Below, one piece after another: positions 38,527-47,904 of a stretch of DNA of 64,000 nucleotides (the stretch's first letter is position 1; each line of letters begins with the position of its first letter). The notes beneath the pieces are model-generated. The model searched no databases and was not told the DNA's origin. It saw only the letters and a list, made by a program, of their open reading frames with translations. The position numbers and the translations under genes are program-made. The stretch lies in assembly GCA_950097015.1 (NCBI GenBank), contig CATNEN010000041.1, positions 1,984,001 to 2,048,000 on the forward strand, read 5' to 3'. Source of the stretch: Macrostomum hystrix (lineage: Eukaryota; Animalia; Platyhelminthes).

Positions 38527-38837
38527 CTCATCGACTGGTGCCTTTTACCCAGCGTCTCCCCAGCCCTCTCCCCCTGAGTCTCATCCTCTGAGTATCACCC
38601 ACTCCCTCCCAGTATTTCCAGTACACACTATCCTACCTTAGTGAAGTTGGTCATAAGTAACAACGCAAAGTAGATACCATGAATAACAATCCTTGTGATG
38701 GGAAAGAGTGCGTTTGGATCTTCGGCGAAAACTCGGGCAGGGAGGGAGCAGGGTGATACTCAGAGGGTAGCAGGGAGAGGGCTGGGGCAGATGGGGGGAA
38801 GACTGTGTAGAAGGTGGAGCTGCTGCCAGCCGATGAG
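38527..38837. repeat. Long imperfect inverted repeat
   Basis: Arms 38527-38610 and 38740-38837 share exact reverse-complement blocks of 15, 16 and 9 nt, plus a 12-nt block with one mismatch. Confidence 0.8.
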
Positions 38838-38849
38838 AGAGCGACCGCC

Positions 38850-39680
38850 AAATCGATAGTTGTGCGTCACCTCCCACAACGACCCACGTAATGACCCACC
38901 TTTCGGACCAACCTGCGGCCACGTCTTCGTCGTGGTCCTACCTGCCAACTCGCCTGCGTTTTGGCAGCCAAGAGCTGCAGACTCCACCTCCCAAGGTGTG
39001 TCTCTCAGCCACCACGGCGCTCTAGAAGAGTGCACCTCCCCTTTTCGCTTTCGCTTCGCGAGTTTCGCGCTGCCCAGTCCTCATCCAGGACGCTTAGAGC
39101 CGGCGTTCCGCAAGGAGGGTGCTTTCTCTTTGCTTTCTCCATCGGTGCACGTAGCCCGGTTGCGCGGCTTCTTCCGGGCCTCATCCAGACGTACCTTGAC
39201 AGCCTCTGCGAGTACCTGCGTATTAAATCTCTCCCGCTGTCTCCTGGGAAATCCACTGCGACCATTCTCACCACCACGAATCACAAGTATCCTGCCTGTC
39301 CGCAGCTCCTCATTAATGGATCACCGTTCGTGTTTTGCACTCATCCTAAGCTGCTCGGGGTCATCTTCGATTCAACGAGGATGTCAAACTTACCGCCGAC
39401 AAGGTGCGCTCCAACACGGCCATTCTTAGCGCTCTCAGTGGAACCACGTGGGGTCAGGACAAAGAGGCCCTCCTGGCCGCCTTCAAAGCGATCTGCCGGC
39501 CATTCCTCAACTACTGCGCCCCCGTCTGGACTCCGCTGTTGAGCAACACGAGCTGGGGCCTCCTGCAACGTGCCAAAAATGCAGCGTTGCGGTCCATCAC
39601 TCGCCACAACTGCACGCAAATTAAACACCTACACAGCTAATGCTCTTTCCTGTCGGTCAAGGAGCACAATGAGCTCTACT
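38850..39680 (+). mobile_element. Decayed non-LTR retrotransposon RT/C-terminal fragment (I/Jockey group, Ingi/Vingi-like)
   Basis: GVPQGG, LSPGKSTA..HPKLLGVIFD, ILSALSGTTWGQDKEALLAAFKAICRPFLNYCAPVW..LQRAKNAALRSIT, spread over several frames. Confidence 0.8.
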
Positions 39681-39802
39681 ACTATGTGCGAGGTCCTTTG
39701 TGGAATCGGAGGTGATGCCACGTCGTATGCGCCGAAGTAAGTAGCTCGCAATGGTTGTGAAATTTTTCCAGAGACATTCTCAGCGAATCGGACTTATTTC
39801 AG

Positions 39803-40150
39803 ATATGCAACGCACTTAAATTTCTTCATCAACTGTCTCAGCCGATTCTGCACAGGGACTTCGGTCTGGCGAAGTTGATCACAGCCTTCTACTTCATGGC
39901 GCCGAAACTATTCAGCAGGGAGAAGATTGTAGCCGGACATCTGGGCGTTCGGCTGCACGGAGTTCGAAATGACGGAAATGATGCAGCTGGGAGTTCGCAG
40001 TGCAGCAGATCCCGTCGCGTGTTGTTAATGCGACATGCCGCTCCCAACTAAAGCCTCGGCATAAATCAGCTTAAACCGCCGCTGCGTGGTGGAGAGCTCC
40101 AAAGACCGAGCCGACAGTGCCGAGCTGCTGCGGCACGAGTTCCTGCGGGA
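39803..40150 (+). pseudogene. Deleted/frameshifted Ser/Thr kinase C-lobe, paralog of exon 49797-50270
   Basis: After an acceptor TTTCAG: ICNALKFLHQLSQPILHRD-FGLAKL..YFMAPK..(D)IWAFGCTEFEM..RRCVVESSKDRADSAELLRHEFL, colinear with VCTALNFLHNWKRPIIHRD..DFGLAK..YYMAPE..DVWAFGCTIFEM..RRCVV..RADTEELLRHSFL. Confidence 0.85.
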
Positions 40151-41119
40151 CGCAGTCCTGTCAAAGTCCCAACTAACTTATCAACTAACATTCAGGCTAT
40201 TACGATGGACTAAGTGCTGCGAGCTAAGGGGGAACTTCGTTGAAAAGTCGTCAGTCGACGGCGATGGCGATGCTGCGTGACCGATTCCGCTGGCCTTGAC
40301 TTGGTGTAACTCTACCCCTTACCCCTTGTTCTAATTTTAGCCATAACTTTTTAATGAATTGAGATATTTACTTGATTAAAAAAGCGTTAGAACTGCTGAA
40401 TGTTTATTTATCAGTGACGTGAGTTTCAATAAACTATGTTTCACCAGTTTGCCGATGCATAGATTTTTCCCGCTATTTCTGGGACACCCTACGTAGATAC
40501 TTTATATTGCAAAACAGTCGCTTATGATGCCATATTTATTAAGCACTTCATCTGTCTGCCTTGCCTGTCAGTATTTGTTCTCGCCAAGAATTTTAAGCTC
40601 CAAGATCTGCGTCTTGCCCTGAGAACTGCTCTGCTTCTGGGAATCTACGCGCTAGTTTAGGAAGCCCTATTTGAAGCAGTTAAAAGCATCTAATATGACA
40701 AGTCTTCTCTCAGCCATTCTCGGTGCGCCAAATCGACAGTTAGACAGACGAGCAGCAGTATGAGTCGCAATTCTCAAAGCCAGTCGCAACAGACAATACA
40801 GCGAACCCAGCCCTGGGCTTGCCCGGGTTATTCCACCTCTATTGTAGAGAACAATGGTTTTCAGAGCAAGTGCAGATCACTGCAACGCCATGCGCCCTAC
40901 TCAAGCACTCGCATGCCATTTAATCTTACTCAGACAGACTATGTGCTCATCAAATCCAATAATTTTTCCGCTAGTAGCATGCCAGCTTGTCTAGGCGTTG
41001 GCAAAGCGTTGGAAGCTTTTGTCCGTCTCACGGCGCCTGTCATCAGGATGAACTGAAAACTACGGGCTCGGGGATTTATGACAGCCTGACAGAATTACAT
41101 TTGTTTAAAAGTTTATGCT

Positions 41120-42208
41120 TTGACAGGGCGGAAGCGGTGCATCCAACTTAATCTGGCAGGCGACACTGCGGATGAGCGCAGGAACGAGCTGCGCGAGTTC
41201 TTCGCCGCCATAGTCAACGCACCGCCACCCCCGCTGCCCAACATCCTGACGCTGCCGTCAGAGGACAGTTTTAACGTTGCACCAGTCACCATGGCTGAAG
41301 TCGTAATGCTCGCCCAGAAGACGCCGGGCGGCAAGGCGCTGGGTCCGGACGAGGTGCCCATCGAGGCGCTGCGCATCCACTGTGTGGCCAGTGAGGTCGC
41401 CCGTGTGATGAACCGCGTGCTCTCCGGTGAGGTGGCACCCACTGAGTGGACCACGGCGCACATCAACGCCATTCCAAAAAAGCCGGGCACTACGCAGCTA
41501 GACGAGCACCGAGGCATCTGCCTGCAATCCTGTGCTGCGAAGTTGTTCAACCGGCTGCTGCTATCGCGGTTGCAACCCGTGCTGGAACCCTACCTGCGAC
41601 CTGAGCAGAACGGGTTTCGGCCCCACCGTGGCATAGTGACGCAGATCCTAGCTCTTCGCCGAATCATCGAGGAGGCGCGCACGCGCCAGTCGGACCTGAT
41701 CTTTGTCTTCATTGACTTCATGAAGGCTTTCGACTCGGTTGCGAGGGCTGCGCTCCCACATGTGCTCCGCGCGTACCATGTGCCAGAACAGCTGATCTCC
41801 GCCATCATGGCGTTGTACTGTGCTACGAGAGCAGCTGTGATGACGCCGGACGGCCTGTCGGGCCCCTTCGAGACATCCTCCGGGGTGCTCCAGGGGGACA
41901 CTCTAGCGCCGTTCCTGTTCGTCCTGGTGCTTGATTGGGTGCTGCGGCGACGCGTGGGTCGACGTCAACCGGAGAAACGGCTCAGCGTGCTTGGCTACGC
42001 CGATGACCTCGCCCTGCTGTCCTCGACCGTAGAGGACGCCCAGCGCCAGCTGGATAAGCTGGTTAGCACTGCAGCGAGTGTCGGCATGTTAGTCAACACG
42101 AAGAAGACCGTTGTGCTCTGCGTGCCGGGCGACATCGAGGCCGCAATTTTCTGCCGAAGCGCTGACGGGCAGGTAACGGAGCTTCCGCACTGTCAGCAGT
42201 TGGATTGA
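41120..42208 (+). mobile_element. RTE-like LINE reverse transcriptase fragment (truncated at both ends)
   Basis: KALGPD, IPKKPG, RGICL, QNGFRP, FIDFMKAFDSV, GVLQGDTLAPFLF, YADD, GMLVNTKKT; breaks off just after the RT core. Confidence 0.92.
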
Positions 42209-42271
42209 TAAAATTGATATTGGGCTGCTCACTGGACGGGTTCTCGGGATTAAAATTGGGCACCGCCGCTA

Positions 42272-43087
42272 TTAGTTTTTTGTGGGGTGGTTGGCCTCAG
42301 GGTGGGCCTCAAAGCAGATGCGGCAGACGTGCCGGAATTTGCAGCTTGACTGGAAGCAACCCCTGCGGTTGAAATGCAAGCAGATTTCCTCCCCATCTGG
42401 GGTCCTGAGGCTCCTGGGGTCTATTGGCTGCTGGTTCTGAAAGCGCTGCTGCCGAGACTGCGATGCTGACTTATTTGCTGCCGGATTTGCAGGAGCTCCG
42501 GCTTTAATCAAATGCTTCGCCACAAGCTGAAAGGACTCCTTGCCCCAGCGCATGCCGGTCTCGGCCTGTTTGCAGCGATAGTCTTCGTCAAATCGGTTCA
42601 CCTGAGCCAGGCTGAAGCCAGCCTCGAACGGCTCGCCAATCTGGATCGAGTAGCGCAGATAATTCATCAAATTGGTGGTATCTACAGATCCGTTCTTTTC
42701 AATCACTAAATCTCCATCCTTGATCATCCGCATCATCTGCAATTGCCGACCATGTACTGCGCTGCTGTCAGGGGTCGGCTTTCTGCTCTTGTAAGTAATT
42801 CGCCCTCCAGCTCCATTAGCTAGGACATCTTCCTGCTCAAAACCATCCAAGAAGTCGCGAATCAGAAGAGCTTTGCGCCGGCCCGGGCACTCGGCACTCG
42901 GATTCGCCCTGTTCTCTAACAGCAGTCTTTCCAGTAGCTCATTGCGATTCTCTTGCTCTTGTTCCTGATCATCCCGGATGGTCACTCGACTGATCGGTGC
43001 CCTCTGCTGATTCCAGCAGCTCATCTTATCTAAACTAACTAAACCAAGCTTCAGCCGCTGAGCTGAATACCGTTGCCTCAGCCTCAA
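42272..43087 (-). mobile_element. Gag-like ORF with C-terminal CCCH-type zinc finger, probable Ngaro/DIRS (tyrosine-recombinase retrotransposon) remnant
   Basis: C-terminal ICLHFNRRGCFQSSCKFRHVCRICFEAHPEANH resembles ORF1 zinc fingers of Ngaro-type elements; the following DNA is cut by the LINE fragment. Confidence 0.6.
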
Positions 43088-43575
43088 AAAATGTTTTCTT
43101 TCTTGGAATCGATAGTTGCAGAAAACGAACGAAATAAGTACTTGATTTCCATATCAGATAATGAAGTAGATATCAATCGATCATTGACGAGAATTGACGA
43201 AAAATGTTTTATCACATCTTTTGCAGCGGATGTTGGTGTCTGTATTTGTGAAGGAATATTTTTTGCGGCATTCTTAAGGCTATATGCAGCTCATGTACGC
43301 ACTGGTCTCGATAAATGATGCTTCCGGGTGGTTCGAATCGCTTTCCGTTTCCATCCAACTGTTTTGGTCACCACGCGGCCGTCGCTTTCCATTGAGCTCT
43401 GCCCATGAAACTCTAACGACACCAAGATCTAACAGCACCAAGATTGGATCTTCTGAAGCCTTAGATCCAGAAAATTCGTGCGCTTTTTATGCTACTCATG
43501 CGAGTAGCTGTAGTGCATGGCAATCTTTTTCAGTTCAGTTGCAGTTCTGGAGTCATTGGCTACTGGCCTAGCCCT

Positions 43576-43690
43576 GCCCTCTATGACTTTACTTACTTAC
43601 TTGACTTAGCTGCAGGGTGCTCCGTACCGGCGGACGCAGCGAGGAGGCAGAGGGGACCGCCCATTCCGCTAACCCCTGGCCCTCTATGAC
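43576..43690 (-). mobile_element. 91-bp 5'-truncated retroposon with (TAAG)n tail and 12-bp TSD
   Basis: GCCCTCTATGAC at 43576-43587 and 43679-43690 flanks an insert beginning TTTACTTACTTACTTG (the tail on the minus strand). Confidence 0.8.
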
Positions 43691-44115
43691 AGAAACGATG
43701 TTCCTACGAGCGGAGGTGACTGCTTTGACAACGGGCTCTCCGCGCTGTTTTTAAATTGGACAAGAGAAATGCTACAATATGGTAGCCATAAAGACACAGA
43801 TGTGACGCAGGTGCAAGCTGTGGGACTCACTGAGGGAATATCCATCCGGAAGGATGTAAGGCGGCCTGGCCTGCTGCTGCATTTGTTTCCAGCTGTGCTG
43901 TATAGGGTAGTTTTTCAGGAATGGTTTGACATCGGAGCATTGTTCTCGTAAGCGTCATGTGGCTAGAGTGAGCACCCTGCCTATTGAATTGAAGCGTTGT
44001 GAATCTATGGCAGCTGAGCAACAGAATTCAGTGAGTTTTAATGTCTCAGAAATCGCGATCTGCTACTCTTCTGAGCCTCAAGCGAGCTTGCTAACAGTTA
44101 TTAGCATAGGAGGCA

Positions 44116-46964
44116 ATGTTCCCTTCAAACTGCGCAGTCGCTCTGATTTTGTCTTGCATGCTAAAGACCCATGGTAAGACACAAGTTTCAAGAGGGCATC
44201 TTGAAACTCAAGTTCCTGCTCTTTTCGACTTTTATAATATTCAACGTGTGAAAATGCAACTGGCGTCAACAATTTCGAAAGTCTCACAGAGCGTTGCCTG
44301 CAGTCGCTACACAGCTGCAATTGCACCCCTGCGGTTGAGCAACGCCTCGAGCAGTAATGTAATCGATGTCCCAGGTGTGGAGGCAGTGCCCACCTGCTTG
44401 ACGGAATGTTTCTTTAGGGGCTGCCTGCTGGCGTCGTTCATTCCCGGCTCGCGACAATGTCAGCTGCTGTTCCTAAGCGACGCGTCTCGGGGCCCGGGAC
44501 CGACGGGGACTCACGCGGAGAGACTCATGGGATCAGAGATCGGAGCGGAGCTGTGGGCAGCTCCGAACTTCAGGGAGGCGGTTAGAAAGACGCTGCTGAA
44601 CATCACCATGGTGGTCGGAGGTGAGGCAAAGTTTTTGACTGTAGAATCTAGAATTGTGACTGCTGTAGAAAATGAGCTCGTATAAGTGAAGCTTAAAAAT
44701 GAAACTTTTTTTTGCGCTGCTTGCATTGACTTCCATTTTTCCATTTCAATGGATTGCCAAAAAACGTATTTGCGAACTGTTTCAGCCTACCTGCCAAATC
44801 AATAAACTTTGTCGAAAGCACGACCAGAACCCTTGGAATGTTGTACTCCTGAATCCCCGGAGTGGGTGAGAGGGTCCGGGTACAATACATCTACACGGGC
44901 CCATGTTGGCCTGCGTCAGGACGCGAGTGTTCACATGGGTCCCAAGTCTGGATCGTCGGGTCGCACCCACGTGGCCGGCACACGTGCTGTGGTGTCGGCC
45001 ACCTAGGACGCACTAGCTGGTGTAAGCGTACAGTGATACGGTACAGAGTGCCCCTTGCTGTCTGGCCTGTTTCCCCACAGGTCGGCGTCAGGACACACGT
45101 ACGACCCCTCTCTGACACTCGTAAAAATTGAGTCGGGGCAGCGACTTACTTTTAGTTGAAATTTTTAGTATAATTGATTGGTGCTCCGGTTGAAACTGAA
45201 ACTAGCGGGTCCGAGCTGGCCGTTTATTTTGCTTTTGACCAGGTAAGTTTTAAATCTAACGTCAAGAGCAATGCAGCGCCCACGTAGTCGGAGAGAGTGG
45301 AAGGTAATGGGGCGGTGGCAGACCAGCTAATCTCGCCCCAGAGCCGCACATTTATAATGCGTGGGCGTGCGCACCCACGCCCACCCCACGACCACGAGCC
45401 CACCACCCCAACTCAGCCACCCACTGGCCAATCACGGCGCAGCTGGGGGAAGGGCAGACCGTGGCGAGGACCAGAAAGGGGCGGCGCAGCCAATCAACGC
45501 GCACCAAAACAACGATAACGCTAACACGCAAACCAGTGACGATTGGTGGGGAGGCTAAACGGCTTACACCTCCGATAACGCAAAAGGCTAACACACACAA
45601 AAATCTGCATACAGCATACCGCGTGGGGGCAAGGTGCCTGCACTGCAAAGTACACGGACACAACAGAAAGAAGTACGTTCAAGAGAATTAGAGGAGCCAG
45701 ATTACACCTTTCACTATGTACCGTAACTAGTAAGCAGAAAACATACAACGAACGGTAGACTTTTAGCCAATCACTGTGGTCATAGATATAAAATTGCAGC
45801 TACCGGTAACGGCAGAAATGGCTCCGCCCAGTTTGTCACAATTTCCTCCACCGGCTGCTACCGCATCGAAGTCTCTGGCGCAAGCGGCGGCACCAACTCC
45901 TTCTCAGGAAAGGCTGGAGGCAACGGTGCTGTCATGTCCGGCACCTTCGGCCTGACTTCCGGCACCGAGCTGACAGTCGTTGTCGGTCATGCCGGTGGTC
46001 AGCCCATTAACACCTATTCTGGAGGTGGCGGTGACGGTGGCAGCTTCGTGTACGGGACGTCGGACTCGCTGCTGCTGATCGCTGCTGGAGGTGGAGGCTC
46101 TGGGACTTATGGGACTGCTGGTGAGCCGCAGCCATATAAAATTGCACCCCAATGAAAAACTGCTTGATTCCTGGAATTTCGGAATTTCTGGTGCTGCTCA
46201 GGCAATGGGCTATACGAATGCCTGGGCTGGGGTTGTTCTAAGCACCCAAAGCTATTAAAATGTGTTCAGATTTCAGTGTCTAGACTCCAGGCTTAGCTTA
46301 AAGCGACACAAGTTTGGCACACAGCGCTCCTAGGCTAAACTGCCAGTAGCAATTAACCTTCTTTCTGCGCATGCAGGCTCTGACCGGATGCACCTCCGTC
46401 CGGTCCTCCACCGTCCTTCCGTCCTCCTGAATAAAATAGGCATATCTTTCGATGATTTTGACCCTTTCAATTTTTCAATTGTAGGTCTCCCAGGAGAAGC
46501 TGGGACCAACGGAACTTCTGACGTCAGTTGCGCAAGGCCGATTTGCCTCGAAGGAACAAATGGTCAGCCCGGATACAACGACCCGAGCCTCATGCCCTTC
46601 ACGCACAACCATGAGGCTGCGGTGCCGGCTGGCTGGGAAAGCCCGTCAATGCCAGGAGATCCACCAACGACGGCGATGGAGGCGGCAGTCGAGCTGAGGG
46701 CTGGGTGGGCGGCGCGGCCGGCGGCTCGAACACCGGAGTGGGCGGATTCGGTGGTGGTGGAGGCGGCGGCTATTTTGGCTCAGTTTTTGGTGCTGCTGGG
46801 GCTGGTGGTGGCTTCAGCGGAGGAGCCACCAGCTACTTCTCCAGCCCACCCGGAGGTGGCGGCGGCTCCTTCTGCTCCCGCAGTGACTTCATCGGCATAT
46901 CACAGGCGGCAACACCGGCCAGCACGGCCAGGTTGTCATTCGGCTGATTGACGTCTTCTGCTGA
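44116..46964 (+). pseudogene. PAN plus Gly-rich gene copy 2 (frameshifted: pseudogene or assembly error)
   Basis: Exons 44116-44173 (MFPSNCAVALILSCMLKTH), 44315-44620, 45800-46120, 46485-46964, all introns phase 1 as in copy 1. In exon 4 a 1-nt deletion (CATGAGGC versus CACGGAGGC, ~46612) and a 2-nt insertion (GGCATATCACA, ~46898) break the frame. Confidence 0.8.
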
Positions 46965-47070
46965 ACTGAACTGAACTGAACTGAACTGAACTGAACTGAA
47001 CTGAACTGAACTGAACTGAACTGAACTGAACTGAACTGAACTGAACTGAACTGAACTGAACTGAACTGAA
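46961..47070. repeat. (CTGAA)n microsatellite starting at the homologous stop codon of copy 2
   Basis: About 22 copies: TGC-TGA-ACTGA-ACTGA... Confidence 0.97.
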
Positions 47071-47904
47071 GCCAACGGGTTCAGTTGATCTGTTTAGTGT
47101 TTATCAATGTTGTAAAATTCGTCGCCCTCGAGACCATCCAGTACATAGATATGCTACCAGAGACATTTCTGGGAAGTTGCAGGGAGCCGGTAGCCTCTAT
47201 CACGGCAACTCAGCCCCGCTGAGATGTCATCTGTCATCTGTCATCTGTATTGAGCGGGATATGATCAAATACTGTCATCGGACCAACTTGCTCCTAGCTT
47301 TAGGCTTTCGATTTGCAGCGGAAAGTTTTTAATTCTAAATCCTGGATTCTGATTCTGATTCAGTTGTGAAGTTGCGATAGAGTCACTCATTGAAATAGTT
47401 TAGTGAGAATATCCAATGTAAAAGTAGACACGCTCCATGTGCCTGATGAATGCTCACCACCAAGAATTGTCTACCACGTTTATATCCGAAATGCTGTGGC
47501 TGAGTTACCCCACTTTTATTGGCTGGCGTGTTAGAGCACTGACCTGGCTAATTGACAGAAAGTGTGCTAAAATCCGTAATGATAAAATACAGCTCCTATT
47601 TAGGTTAGGTTGCACAGCTTGGCATTGTGGTGCAGCTAGTTTGAGAAGAATTCAATTAAAGTGCGCAACTAAAAAGTTTGCCTGCCGAGCTAATGAAGGC
47701 GGGTGCACCAGTCTGCCCCAGGCTGCAGTTCTATTGTTGCCGCCAATTCTTTGTCTGCCGCATTGTTCTCGCCATCAGCCTTAAAAATAGCTAGCGACAG
47801 CGAAAATAAGGTTGTGCTTGCCTCTTATCTTCGACTCGCTAACAGAAGCAAAGCCAGCAGCTCAAGCCGCTGCAGAAGACTCGCCCACTGACCATTCTGT
47901 ATCG

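Noticed and set aside
40300-40496. Possible Tc1/mariner MITE end (GGGACACCCTACGTA)
   Set aside because: Only one terminus is visible; no matching TIR was found.
44780-45780. About 1 kb of extra sequence in intron 2 of Gly-rich copy 2, probably repetitive insertions
   Set aside because: No TIR, TSD, LTR or coding signature could be pinned down by eye.
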